Shown here piece after piece: positions 30,823 to 40,623 of a stretch of 64,000 nucleotides of DNA. This stretch comes from an uncultured Planctomycetales bacterium (GTDB lineage: Bacteria; Omnitrophota; Gorgyraeia; Zapsychrales; JANLHA01): the NCBI GenBank assembly GCA_964489065.1, contig CAZAXH010000008.1, positions 130 through 64,129 of the forward strand, read 5' to 3'. Numbering within the stretch: position 1 is the stretch's first letter; every line of letters begins with the position of its first letter. A model generated the notes under the pieces. The model was not told where the DNA came from. It did no database searches and saw only the letters and a list, made by a program, of their open reading frames with translations. Position numbers and translations under genes: made by a program.

Positions 30823-31850
30823 AGAAATATTTAAATACTTTATATGTCACCACTCAAGGGGCCTATCTGTCGAAAGAGGGTGAAACGGTGGTTGTGAAGG
30901 TGGAAGAAGAAAAGCGCCTGCAAATCCCTGTCCATACCCTCGACGGAATCGTGTGTTTCGGGCAGGTGGGAATGAGCCCGTTTTTGATGGGGCATTGCGC
31001 CGAGAACAACGTGGCCGTTACTTTTTTAACCGAGTATGGCCGGTTTTTGGCAAGCCTGCGAGGGAAGGTTTGCGGTAATGTGCTGCTTCGGCGCCAGCAG
31101 TACCGCAAAGCGGACGATCCTGCCTTTTCGGCAGAGGTCGCGCGCAGCATTGTCCGGGGCAAGATCGCTAATGCCCGGGCTGTATTGCAGCGAAGATTGA
31201 GGGACCATCCCGAGAAAAATAATACTCCCGATGTCAAACAGGCCTCGGGGCGGTTGAGTTGTTCTCTGGATAAACTGACCCGGCCGCTTGACCTAGATAT
31301 GATCCGGGGCATAGAAGGCGAATGCGCGCACACGTATTTCAGTGTTTTTAATGATCTGATCGTCGCGCAAAAAAATGACTTTATTTTTGAGGAGCGTAAC
31401 CGCCGGCCGCCGCTGGACCGGGTGAATTGTCTTTTGTCTTTTATTTATACTTTGGTTATGCATGATGTGCGTTCCGCGCTCGAAACTGTAGGGCTTGATC
31501 CTGCCGTCGGGTTTTTGCATCGCGACCGGCCCGGCCGGCCTGGGTTGGCTTTGGATATGTTGGAAGAATTCCGGCCGTTTATGGCGGACAGGTTGGTCTT
31601 GTCTTTGATTAACCGGGAACAGGTGCAGGCCAAGGGCTTCATGCAGTCGGAATCGCGTGCCGTCACAATGGATGATGAGACCCGAAAAAGCATTCTTGTG
31701 GCCTATCAGAAAAGGAAGCAGGAAGAAATAACGCATCCCTATTTGCAGGAAACCGTGCCGGTAGGGCTTTTGTTTTATATCCAGGCATTGCTCATGGCAC
31801 GTTTTCTCCGGGAAGACATAGACGGCTATCCTGTATTTATCTGGAAATAA
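30819..31850 (+). CDS. cas1: Cas1 integrase
   Basis: GTG start overlapping cas4 stop; LNTLYVTTQGAYLSKEGETVVVK N-terminus and conserved Cas1 core. Confidence 0.9.
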   Translation: MKKYLNTLYVTTQGAYLSKEGETVVVKVEEEKRLQIPVHTLDGIVCFGQVGMSPFLMGHCAENNVAVTFLTEYGRFLASLRGKVCGNVLLRRQQYRKADDPAFSAEVARSIVRGKIANARAVLQRRLRDHPEKNNTPDVKQASGRLSCSLDKLTRPLDLDMIRGIEGECAHTYFSVFNDLIVAQKNDFIFEERNRRPPLDRVNCLLSFIYTLVMHDVRSALETVGLDPAVGFLHRDRPGRPGLALDMLEEFRPFMADRLVLSLINREQVQAKGFMQSESRAVTMDDETRKSILVAYQKRKQEEITHPYLQETVPVGLLFYIQALLMARFLREDIDGYPVFIWK

Positions 31851-31861
31851 GAAGGTGTCCC

Positions 31862-32152
31862 ATGCTGGTGTTGATCAGTTATGATGTAAAAATGGACGAC
31901 AGCGGTGGACCCCGGCGGTTACGCCGGGTGGCAAAGGCCTGCAAAAATTTTGGCCAGCGGGTGCAGTATTCTGTCTTTGAATGTAACGTAGATCCGGCCC
32001 AATGGGCCAAACTGCGCCAGCAACTGATTGATGAAATCGATTTGAAAAAAGACAGCCTCCGGTTTTATTTTTTAGGCTCCAACTGGAGACGGCGGGTTGA
32101 GCACATGGGGGCCAAGGAACCTGTTGACCTGGAAGGGCCGCTTGTCGCGTAG
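31862..32152 (+). CDS. cas2: Cas2
   Basis: MLVLISYDV...RVQYSVFEC classic Cas2; 96 aa. Confidence 0.92.
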   Translation: MLVLISYDVKMDDSGGPRRLRRVAKACKNFGQRVQYSVFECNVDPAQWAKLRQQLIDEIDLKKDSLRFYFLGSNWRRRVEHMGAKEPVDLEGPLVA

Positions 32153-32339
32153 TAATCTGCCGTGCGAACCATGAGAGCGTGTGCTGTATGCGGGACGTTC
32201 GCAGGGGAGACATGTTCTTTGACAACAATAATTTATTTCAATCCGATATATAATTTGTTTGTTTGATCGCAGCAAATCCGCCAAGGTTCGCGGAAATAGA
32301 AGTTTTAGTTATTGGTGTTGTAACAGATAGAAGAAGACA
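32153..32339 (+). promoter_or_regulatory. CRISPR leader (AT-rich) between cas2 and the first repeat
   Basis: AT-rich 187 bp (ttgacaacaataatttatttcaatccgatatataatttg...) immediately upstream of repeat 1; the degenerate repeat is at the distal end of the array. Confidence 0.7.
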
Positions 32340-33763
32340 GTCGCGCCCTTCGCGGGCGCGTGGATTGAAACTTTGCCGTTCAGAATAAAAAACGAGGTCG
32401 GGAAAGGTCGCGCCCTTCGCGGGCGCGTGGATTGAAACACGGGCAATCTGGAGATTTTGTGCATTTGTTTGGTCGCGCCCTTCGCGGGCGCGTGGATTGA
32501 AACAGGGGTAGCGCGCGCGGATGGTAAAGATGGTAAAGGTCGCGCCCTTCGCGGGCGCGTGGATTGAAACCTTGGAGGACGCTTGTCCATTATAACTGAT
32601 ACTGGTCGCGCCCTTCGCGGGCGCGTGGATTGAAACTTGTCCGCTCGGATGTGCGGATTTTGCGCAAGCTGTCGCGCCCTTCGCGGGCGCGTGGATTGAA
32701 ACTATCTATAAAAAGGAGGTAAAAAATGGGTCATATGTCGCGCCCTTCGCGGGCGCGTGGATTGAAACCTAATATCGCAACACTTTCGCCGGCGGAAAAA
32801 CTGTCGCGCCCTTCGCGGGCGCGTGGATTGAAACTTAAAAAAAGAGGTGAGGCCGATGAAGAAATAAGTCGCGCCCTTCGCGGGCGCGTGGATTGAAACA
32901 ACTTCATGGTCGTCGTCGATGTTGAGCGGAGACTGTCGCGCCCTTCGCGGGCGCGTGGATTGAAACTGGCGAACAACCTTATGGTTGTTCTGGTGGAGGC
33001 GTCGCGCCCTTCGCGGGCGCGTGGATTGAAACCAGCGCCGAGCGTGTTGCTCCGACCTGACGATGTCGCGCCCTTCGCGGGCGCGTGGATTGAAACACAG
33101 CGCGATCGCAGGCATGGGATAATTCATCGTGTCGCGCCCTTCGCGGGCGCGTGGATTGAAACGGCGAGTATGAAATACTCGTCAAAGCAGAAATCAAAGT
33201 CGCGCCCTTCGCGGGCGCGTGGATTGAAACGTAACAGACTTCGGTTTGCTATTGTTGGTTAGAGGGTCGCGCCCTTCGCGGGCGCGTGGATTGAAACTCA
33301 TCAGGAGTATCGCGCGCGGATGGTAAAGATGGTCGCGCCCTTCGCGGGCGCGTGGATTGAAACCGTCGCCCGGCGATTGTGTATCTCCTCACGCACGGTC
33401 GCGCCCTTCGCGGGCGCGTGGATTGAAACGACGCCGACACAAAAACTAAAAAATTAAACATTAAGTCGCGCCCTTCGCGGGCGCGTGGATTGAAACTTTA
33501 ATGCGTTTCAATTCTTTGTGCAGCCCCATGTCGCGCCCTTCGCGGGCGCGTGGATTGAAACCTGCACATGATTAAGAGCCAAAGCAACGCCCTGAGCGTC
33601 GCGCCCTTCGCGGGCGCGTGGATTGAAACTATCAAGGGTGTGTACTAGCTTGTCCTGGTGTGTCAGTCGCGCCCTTCGCGGGCGCGTGGATTGAAACGTC
33701 TATGGCTGGTAGGCTAGGCTGCCTAGGTACTGTCGCGCCCTTCGCGGGCGCGTGGTGATAACA
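32340..33763 (+). CRISPR. Type I-C CRISPR array: 22 repeats (21 intact plus 1 degenerate terminal), 21 spacers of 32-36 bp
   Basis: Repeat GTCGCGCCCTTCGCGGGCGCGTGGATTGAAAC (32 bp) with ~66-67 bp period. First repeat at 32340; terminal repeat at 33732 is degenerate (…GCGTGGTGATAACA). Confidence 0.97.
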
Positions 33764-33792
33764 AAGAGTTGGAGAATGAAATCAGCATGTTT

Positions 33793-33830
33793 AAAAAAAT
33801 AAGCCCAAACAGTTTTCAAGCTGTTTGGGC
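33793..33830 (-). terminator. Hairpin with perfect 10-bp stem (GCCCAAACAG/CTGTTTGGGC) just distal to the CRISPR array, with a T-tract on the minus-strand side
   Basis: aaaaaaataaGCCCAAACAGttttcaagCTGTTTGGGC; on the minus strand this reads as stem-loop followed by TTATTTTTTT. Confidence 0.45.
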
Positions 33831-34244
33831 AGAAAACGGGAAGGGAACCGCCAGTCTCCCTATCAGACCAGTTGGGGTTGAATCTTCCAAAGGTCAGGTG
33901 GCAGTGGGCGGGCTTTCTGCTCGTTCCTCGTCTCCTAAAAAATATACGGCAGTCCGCTACTCCTGTCAAGAGCAAGATTCCCCTGATATTCAATGAAGCG
34001 CTTTTCAATTTATTGACAGGATACAATGCTTGTTATATATCTATTAATGGCTTTTGGAGCGGAGGTCCTTTGTCAGCCACATAACTTCCAGAGGCCTTCG
34101 CCGGGTTGGACAAAACAGCCCGGTTAATTTTTTTTTATCGAATAAATCTTTATATTCGCGCCCTTGTCTTGAGGCCGCGGGGTTTTATTTGCTTTCAAAA
34201 GTTATTTATATTAGAATACACCCACGTTTTGACAAGGAGGAGGT

Positions 34245-35363
34245 GTGGAAGATTCTTTTTACAGTCAGATGGTCAGCGCCGGGTTGAATAAAGAGCCGCT
34301 TTCGGAAGCCCAATGTCTCGGTATATTGGAATCGCCCAAGATCCGTCTGCTCGCGCTGTTAGACGCCGCTTATCAGCTTCGGCACGCTTTTTATGGGAAG
34401 AAAGTTCTTATTCACATTATTGATAATGTCCAGAACGGGGCCTGTCCGGAAGACTGTCGCTATTGCGCCCAGTCACGGGAGGCGTCTGTTTCTATCGAGT
34501 CATACGGGTTTAAGTCGGATGAAGAGATTTTGGCTGAAGCCGCGCAGGCTTACAATTCGGGCGCTTTCCGCCATTGCCTGGTCTTTTCCGGGCGGGCCCC
34601 CTCTTCAAAACGTATAGAGCGACTTGCCGGGTTGGTCAGGGAGATGAAACGGCGTTATCAGCCTATGGAGATTTGTGTTTCTCCCGGCCTCCTTGACAGA
34701 GAGCAGGCCGAAATTCTCAAAGCCGCCGGGGTGGACCGCATTAACCATAATTTAAATACTTCCCGCCGGTTTTACCCGCGGATTTGTTCCACGCACACCT
34801 ATGAGGACCGCCTGGCCACGATCCGGACCGCCCAGTCCGTGGGGCTGCAGATTTGTTCGGGGATCATAGTGGGAATGGGGGAGAGCAGCCGGGACATTAT
34901 CGAAGTGGCACAGACGCTGGCCGCCTTGGGCGCGGATTCGATTCCCGTTAATTTTTTTATTCCTGTCGACGGGACACGGCTTGACGCTCCTTTGCATCTG
35001 ACCCCGGAATATTGCCTGCGGGTGCTTGCTTTGTTCAGGTTTCTTAATCCAGCGGTTGACCTCCGAGTGGCGGCCGGCCGGGAATTGTATTTGAGAGAAT
35101 TGGAGCCCCTGGCCCTGTACGCGGCGAACTCCCTATTTTTGACTGGATATTTGAATGTGCAGGGCGCGGCTCCCAATGCGACTTTACAGATGATCCGGTC
35201 CGCGGGGTTTGACATTCAGTCGGACATTAAACTTGAAGATTTGTTGGGCAGCGGGACGCCGCAGGATAAACCGGACCGGCCGTCAGGCATATCTTTAAAA
35301 GCTTTAAGTGAATTGAGGCCGGCGGGGCAGAGGAAACCCTCATGCCGCGGGTCCAAACAATAA
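34245..35363 (+). CDS. bioB: Biotin synthase-family radical SAM protein (BioB-like) with C-terminal extension
   Basis: [13 protein letters not shown] cluster motif as in BioB (GCPEDCKYCPQS); preceded by RBS AAGGAGG; start GTG 34245 or ATG 34270. Confidence 0.7.
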   Translation: MEDSFYSQMVSAGLNKEPLSEAQCLGILESPKIRLLALLDAAYQLRHAFYGKKVLIHIIDNVQNGACPEDCRYCAQSREASVSIESYGFKSDEEILAEAAQAYNSGAFRHCLVFSGRAPSSKRIERLAGLVREMKRRYQPMEICVSPGLLDREQAEILKAAGVDRINHNLNTSRRFYPRICSTHTYEDRLATIRTAQSVGLQICSGIIVGMGESSRDIIEVAQTLAALGADSIPVNFFIPVDGTRLDAPLHLTPEYCLRVLALFRFLNPAVDLRVAAGRELYLRELEPLALYAANSLFLTGYLNVQGAAPNATLQMIRSAGFDIQSDIKLEDLLGSGTPQDKPDRPSGISLKALSELRPAGQRKPSCRGSKQ

Positions 35364-35380
35364 TTTTAACCGGAGGGGCC

Positions 35381-36322
35381 ATGGAAAAAGTTATTATTAT
35401 CGGGTCTGGGCCGTCGGCGCATACCGCCGCTATTTATCTGGGAAGGGCGCAGTGCGATCCCCTGCTTTTCGAAGGCATGATGGCCGGCGGGGTGGCGGCC
35501 GGCGGGCAGTTGACCACCACCACGGACATCGAAAACTTTCCCGGATTCCCGGACGGGATCCCCGGCCCGCAGTTGATGGAGGACATGCGCCGGCAGTCCA
35601 TAAAGTGCGGGGCGCGCATTAAGACCGAAACCGTCACGGCGGTTGATTTCAGCGGCCGGCCGTTGAAGGTTTTTGCGGAGGAAACGGAATATTCTGCTTC
35701 GGCTGTCATCATCGCGACGGGCGCGACCGCAAAGCGCATGCATGTCCCCGGAGAGGAACGGCTTTGGCAAAGGGGGATTTCCGCTTGCGCGGTGTGCGAC
35801 GGGGCGTTGCCTGTTTTCCGCAATAAAGTCCTGTTCGTGATCGGCGGGGGGGACACGGCGGCCGAGGAAGCGACCCACCTGACAAAATACGCCAGCCGGG
35901 TGTTTCTTGTCCACCGCCGGGACCAGCTGCGGGCGTCCCAGGTCATGCAAAAAAGGATATTTGCCAATAAAAAAATTTCCGTGATATGGGATTCGGTCCT
36001 GGCCGGCGTTCAGGGAGACAATCTCCTGAACGCCGTTGTGCTGAAAAATGTCAAGACCGGCGAAGAAACCACCCATGAGGCGGGAGGCCTTTTTTACGCG
36101 ATAGGGCACGCGCCGAACACCGCGTTTCTTCAAGGGCAGATTGATCTGGATGACGACGGATATATCCGGACCGCGCCGGGCGGGACGCTCACGAATGCCG
36201 AAGGTGTTTTCGCCTGCGGTGACGTGCAGGATAAAAAATACCGCCAGGCCATTACTGCGGCCGGGTCCGGCTGCATGGCCGCGCTGGATTGCGAACGTTA
36301 CCTTTCCTCACTGGGCGAATAA
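35381..36322 (+). CDS. trxB: Thioredoxin-disulfide reductase
   Basis: [22 protein letters not shown] motif; redox-active CAVCDG; NADPH-binding [10 protein letters not shown]. Confidence 0.9.
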   Translation: MEKVIIIGSGPSAHTAAIYLGRAQCDPLLFEGMMAGGVAAGGQLTTTTDIENFPGFPDGIPGPQLMEDMRRQSIKCGARIKTETVTAVDFSGRPLKVFAEETEYSASAVIIATGATAKRMHVPGEERLWQRGISACAVCDGALPVFRNKVLFVIGGGDTAAEEATHLTKYASRVFLVHRRDQLRASQVMQKRIFANKKISVIWDSVLAGVQGDNLLNAVVLKNVKTGEETTHEAGGLFYAIGHAPNTAFLQGQIDLDDDGYIRTAPGGTLTNAEGVFACGDVQDKKYRQAITAAGSGCMAALDCERYLSSLGE

Positions 36323-36347
36323 TGTCCACAAGGAGGATGTCCTTTTC

Positions 36348-37088
36348 ATGAGGCCCGAAACCGTCAGCCCGACCGCGCAAGAATCCTGGCCGATGTTTGA
36401 AAGGATCGCTTCCCGTTATGACGCGGTTAACAGGATCCTGTCTCTGGGCATGGACCGGTCCTGGCGCCGCAGGCTCGCCGGAAAAGTGAACGGCCTGACG
36501 GGCGGGCGGATTCTTGACGTGGCCACGGGAACAGGCGATGTGCTGATGGAGCTAGCCCGCCATAGCGCGGCCCCGTTAAAGTTGTACGGGCTCGACCAGG
36601 CGGAAAGCATGCTCCAGATCGCCCGGGAGAAGTCCCGCCGTTTTTCCTGTCGGCATGTCGATTTCCTGAAAGCCGATGCCCTGCACCTGCCGTTTTCCGC
36701 GGATATTTTTGACGCGGTGACCATGGGATTCGGGATCCGGAATATGCCGGACCCCCCGGGGGTTTTACAGGAAATAGCCCGGGTTTTAAAACCGGGAGGC
36801 CGTGTCTTTATCCTGGAATTTTCCCTCCCGGCCAATAGGCTGATCCGCCGGGCCGCTTTGCTGTACCTGCGGGGCGTTGTGCCCGTTGTCGGCGGATTCT
36901 TTTCGGGAAACGTAAAGGCCTACCGATACTTAACCCGTTCGGTGGAATATTTCCCTTGTGGGGATAATTTTTGCCGCTGGCTCCGGCAGAATGAATTTGT
37001 GAATATCACCACGGATTCTGTTTTGTGGGGGATGGCTTCCATTTATTCGGCTCAGAAACCGGGAACCATCCGGCCGGATCCCGGATGA
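36348..37088 (+). CDS. ubiE: Demethylmenaquinone/ubiquinone methyltransferase (UbiE/MenG family)
   Basis: MFERIASRYDAVNRILSLGMDRSWRR and SAM-binding LDVATGTGD motifs; RBS AGGAGG before the ATG at 36348. Confidence 0.85.
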   Translation: MRPETVSPTAQESWPMFERIASRYDAVNRILSLGMDRSWRRRLAGKVNGLTGGRILDVATGTGDVLMELARHSAAPLKLYGLDQAESMLQIAREKSRRFSCRHVDFLKADALHLPFSADIFDAVTMGFGIRNMPDPPGVLQEIARVLKPGGRVFILEFSLPANRLIRRAALLYLRGVVPVVGGFFSGNVKAYRYLTRSVEYFPCGDNFCRWLRQNEFVNITTDSVLWGMASIYSAQKPGTIRPDPG

Positions 37089-37270
37089 CCCGCGGTTCAG
37101 CCATATATGAATTCCCTTGCGACGAAAAAATTCTTGGTTTATAGTAAATTAATTTGAGGCGATTTTTTAAGAATGGGGGGATTTGTAAAATACTCGGCCG
37201 ATACAAAAACCGTTTTTAGTGGGCGCTTCCCGGAAAATTGTCATAAGACTTTAATAAGGCAGAAAAAGGC

Positions 37271-38056
37271 ATGGCGAAATATCAATTGATCAAGACTCGG
37301 GGCGTTCCGGTCTTCCCCGATGGGTGTCCTATCTGCGGCTCGTCGGATGACTTGAACCGGATTGAAATGGAACACGAAGCGCGGTTCCTGGCTTCGCACA
37401 CTGTTCAGACCGTGACGATGGACGTTGATTTTTATAACGTGGCGAAGATCGGCTGGACATACAAATTCTGCAATCCGTGCGTTAAATTGTGGAACGAGTC
37501 ACGATCACCGAAGCTCACGCGTGCCCAAAATTCTTTATTGCTGGTACTTGCCCTGGTTGGGATTTTTCTCTCGGGCTTCGCCAGTTACCAGGTAGCCCGG
37601 GCTGACAACGTAAAAACGGCTGACCTTATCGCGACTGGCCAGTTTGACCAGACATCCCCATGGGATAGATGGGCACTCGATAGCCCTAAAGGGTTCGTGA
37701 TTACTGTCGTCATTTTCTCGATATTTTTTATCTTTTTTGGGGTTCTTCCTTTTTGTTTCGGCGTGTCGGAAGTTCTGACAAGGATTCAGAAGAAGCGTTT
37801 TTTCGACAGTCATCCGGGCTTACGGGAGTTGTTTAAGCGGAATGGCTCGCCCATCCCGGGGCATCCTGACTGCGGGGTGCGATTTGACGGCATCGAGAAA
37901 TACCTTGTCAATCTTCCCCCGGTATGCGATCAGCGGACATCGGCCATGTTATTGGCCACGGCGGCCAGCCAGGGACAATTTGTTGTGTTGTGGCAGATTC
38001 AAAATCCCCAATATGCCGAAGCTTTTAAACAGCTGAACAGCGCGATTCTGGTATGA
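37271..38056 (+). CDS. Hypothetical membrane protein with N-terminal zinc-ribbon-like Cys pairs
   Basis: CPICG ... CNPC followed by two hydrophobic segments; no recognisable family. Confidence 0.5.
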   Translation: MAKYQLIKTRGVPVFPDGCPICGSSDDLNRIEMEHEARFLASHTVQTVTMDVDFYNVAKIGWTYKFCNPCVKLWNESRSPKLTRAQNSLLLVLALVGIFLSGFASYQVARADNVKTADLIATGQFDQTSPWDRWALDSPKGFVITVVIFSIFFIFFGVLPFCFGVSEVLTRIQKKRFFDSHPGLRELFKRNGSPIPGHPDCGVRFDGIEKYLVNLPPVCDQRTSAMLLATAASQGQFVVLWQIQNPQYAEAFKQLNSAILV

Positions 38057-38133
38057 GCGGGATGGATCTCGGGGTATTATGAGGGTTAAATAACTTTACG
38101 GACCACAAAGATTTACTGAAGGGGTCATGCTCC

Positions 38134-39714
38134 ATGCAAGACAAGTTGCCGGATTCCATTAACACCCAGGATTTCGTTCCGTTGTTTGAGCGTATCGAAT
38201 ATGAAGAGAAACATTTTTTTATCACCGGGCGGGCAGGGACAGGGAAATCCACATTTCTGCTTTTTTACCGCCAGCGGACAGGCAAGAATCTGGTTGTCCT
38301 GGCGCCCACCGGCGTCGCCGCGCTGAATATCAAAGGGCAGACGATTCATTCTTTCTTTAATTTCCGGCCAGACATCACCGTTGACGGGGTCCGCACCGTG
38401 CGGTTCCACCCGAAGATGAAAAAGGTTTACCAAAATCTGGATACGATTATTATTGATGAAATTTCCATGGTGCGGGCCGATCTCCTGGACTGCATTGACG
38501 CGTTCCTGCGGATGTACGGGCCGCGGTCCGACAAACCGTTCGGCGGCGTGCAGATGATTTTTATCGGCGACTTGTATCAGCTGGCGCCGGTCGTGCGCCA
38601 GGATGAACAGTCCATTTTCAGCACGGTGTATGACAGCCCGTATTTTTTTTCGGCGAAATCCCTGCAAAAAATCGATATGCATTATGTTGAGCTCGAGCAG
38701 TCTTACCGCCAGAAAGACGACCGGTTTATCGACCTCCTGAACCGGATCCGCACCAACGCCGTGGAACAGGAGGATATCGACGCGTTCAACGAGCGGTATC
38801 AGCCGGATTTTGAGCCGGATATGGATAAATTTTTTATTTACCTGACGACCACCAACCGTCTCGCCGACCAGATCAACGAACGCCGGCTGAACGATATCGA
38901 CCGCAATTCATTTTCCGTGGAAGGCGTGTTGAAAGGCGAGTTCGACACCAAATTCCTGCCGACGCACGCGAATCTTGATTTAAAAATCGGTTCGCAGGTC
39001 ATGCTCCTGAATAATGACACGGAGAGGCGCTGGGTGAACGGCAGCATAGGAAAAATCCTTGACCTTTTTTTCGAGGGGGAAACACCGGTCTGTATTCTTG
39101 TTGAATTATCCGGGGGGCGCAAGGTGGAGGTCACGCCGTTCATCTGGGAGCTGTTTCAGTTTTATTATGATGAGGAGACCGAAACCATTGAAGCGCGCAC
39201 CGCAGGCTCTTTTCAGCAGTTTCCGCTTAAGCTGGCCTGGGCCGTGACGATTCATAAAGGCCAGGGCAAGACTTTTGACCATGTTATTGTGGATATCGGG
39301 GAAGGGACATTTTGTCACGGGCAGCTTTATGTCGCCTTGAGCCGCTGCACGACCTTGGAGGGGATCGTGCTCAAACGGCCGATTTCCCGTAAAGACGTTT
39401 TTATGGATGCCCGGATCGCTGAATTCTTGACCCAATTCCAGTACCAGCAGGCCGCCGCGCGGTTCCCGTTAAAGAAGCGCCAGGCGATCATTGAAACGGC
39501 CTTAACCCGGAATCAGACGCTCGAAATCACCTATTTGAAAGAAAATAACCAGAAGTTTTTACGCCGGGTTATTCCCCGGGTTTTACGGCAGGTGGAACAC
39601 AAGGGTGAGCCGTGCCTGGGGCTTGAGGCCTTTTGCCTAGACCGGCAGGCGAACTGGGTGTTCCGTTTGCCGTGTATTACGGATATTAAAGTTGTGGACC
39701 GCGAGTCGGTTTAA
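38134..39714 (+). CDS. PIF1-like / RecD-like SF1 DNA helicase (AAA_30 type) with C-terminal extension
   Basis: Walker A FFITGRAGTGKST, Walker B IIIDEISMV, and motifs TNRLADQINE and TIHKGQGKTFDHVIV typical of PIF1/RecD family. Confidence 0.8.
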   Translation: MQDKLPDSINTQDFVPLFERIEYEEKHFFITGRAGTGKSTFLLFYRQRTGKNLVVLAPTGVAALNIKGQTIHSFFNFRPDITVDGVRTVRFHPKMKKVYQNLDTIIIDEISMVRADLLDCIDAFLRMYGPRSDKPFGGVQMIFIGDLYQLAPVVRQDEQSIFSTVYDSPYFFSAKSLQKIDMHYVELEQSYRQKDDRFIDLLNRIRTNAVEQEDIDAFNERYQPDFEPDMDKFFIYLTTTNRLADQINERRLNDIDRNSFSVEGVLKGEFDTKFLPTHANLDLKIGSQVMLLNNDTERRWVNGSIGKILDLFFEGETPVCILVELSGGRKVEVTPFIWELFQFYYDEETETIEARTAGSFQQFPLKLAWAVTIHKGQGKTFDHVIVDIGEGTFCHGQLYVALSRCTTLEGIVLKRPISRKDVFMDARIAEFLTQFQYQQAAARFPLKKRQAIIETALTRNQTLEITYLKENNQKFLRRVIPRVLRQVEHKGEPCLGLEAFCLDRQANWVFRLPCITDIKVVDRESV

Positions 39715-39738
39715 ATGTCCTTTTAAATTTGTTTTGAG

Positions 39739-40623
39739 ATGAACCTTTCACCGTTAAAAATTTGGATTTTGGCTGTCCGGCCCCAGACGCTTTCAGCCAG
39801 CGTTGCGCCGGTTATCCTCGGCACGGCGATGGCGTGGGGTGACGGCGTATCGCATTGGCCGTCTGCCTGGCTGGCTCTTTTGGGGGCCCTGGGTCTGCAG
39901 ATCGGCACGAATCTGGTTAATGATTATTTTGATTTCAAGAATGGCGTGGACACGGAAGACCGTTTAGGCCCGTTGCGCGTTACGCAGACCGGGCTTGTGC
40001 ACCCCCGCAGGATGATAGGGGTGGCCACCTTGGTTTTCGGCTTTGCGGCCCTGATAAGCTCCTTTTTGGTCCTCCGGGCCGGCTGGCCGATTGCCGTGAT
40101 CGCCCTGACAGGGATTTTAGCAGGCATTTTTTATACGGCCGGGCCCCGGCCTCTTGGATATATCGGGTTGGGGGAAGCGCTCGTTTTTATTTTTTTCGGG
40201 CCGGTGGCGGTTATGGGAACCTATTATGTTCAATCTTTTGAAATGCATGCCGGAGTTTTTTTCGCCGGATTGGCCGCCGGATGTTTTTCCTCCGCGATCC
40301 TTGTCGTCAATAACTTGAGAGACATCGAAACAGACCGGCGTTCCGGCAAAAGAACTTTAGCCGTCCGGTTTGGGGCGTCATTTGCCAGGAAGGAATACTT
40401 CACGCTCATGTTTACTGGTTCTTTTCTTCCGGTTTTGCTTTATGTGCTCATTGAGGACCATCGTTGGATCCTTTTATCTCCGCTGGTCTGCCTGGCGTCA
40501 TTGCCTTGTCTGGAGACGGTTTTTTCCAGGACAGACGGCCCCTCCTTAAACAAAGCCCTCGCCTGGACCGGGATCTTGTTGCTTGTGTTCACGGGGCTCT
40601 TTTCGATCGGCTGGGCTTTCTGA
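39739..40623 (+). CDS. menA: 1,4-dihydroxy-2-naphthoate polyprenyltransferase (UbiA superfamily)
   Basis: Polytopic UbiA-type protein with Asp-rich motifs (NLVNDYFDFKNGVD; NNLRDIETDRRSGKRTLAV); located beside menC. Confidence 0.8.
   Translation: MNLSPLKIWILAVRPQTLSASVAPVILGTAMAWGDGVSHWPSAWLALLGALGLQIGTNLVNDYFDFKNGVDTEDRLGPLRVTQTGLVHPRRMIGVATLVFGFAALISSFLVLRAGWPIAVIALTGILAGIFYTAGPRPLGYIGLGEALVFIFFGPVAVMGTYYVQSFEMHAGVFFAGLAAGCFSSAILVVNNLRDIETDRRSGKRTLAVRFGASFARKEYFTLMFTGSFLPVLLYVLIEDHRWILLSPLVCLASLPCLETVFSRTDGPSLNKALAWTGILLLVFTGLFSIGWAF

Noticed and set aside
32309-33461. Several minus-strand (and one plus-strand) ORFs of 70-140 aa translating to repeated FQSTRPRRAR / SIHAPAKGAT motifs
   Set aside because: They are reading-frame artefacts of the CRISPR repeat reiterated every ~66 bp; not genes.
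32372-33731. Self-targeting spacers against this window
   Set aside because: None of the 21 spacers could be matched by eye to sequence elsewhere in the window. Cannot exclude targets elsewhere in the genome.
34140-34170. attcgcgcccttgtcttgaggccgcgggg resembling part of the CRISPR repeat (tcgcgccctt...gcggg) about 400 bp beyond the array
   Set aside because: There is only a 10-nt identical core, with no flanking spacer-repeat periodicity. It is most likely chance in GC-rich DNA, though a very old degenerate repeat cannot be excluded.
33769-34291. Small ORFs (61-108 aa) on both strands between the CRISPR array and bioB
   Set aside because: They overlap each other and the terminal repeat, have no RBS and show no conservation signal; treated as non-coding.
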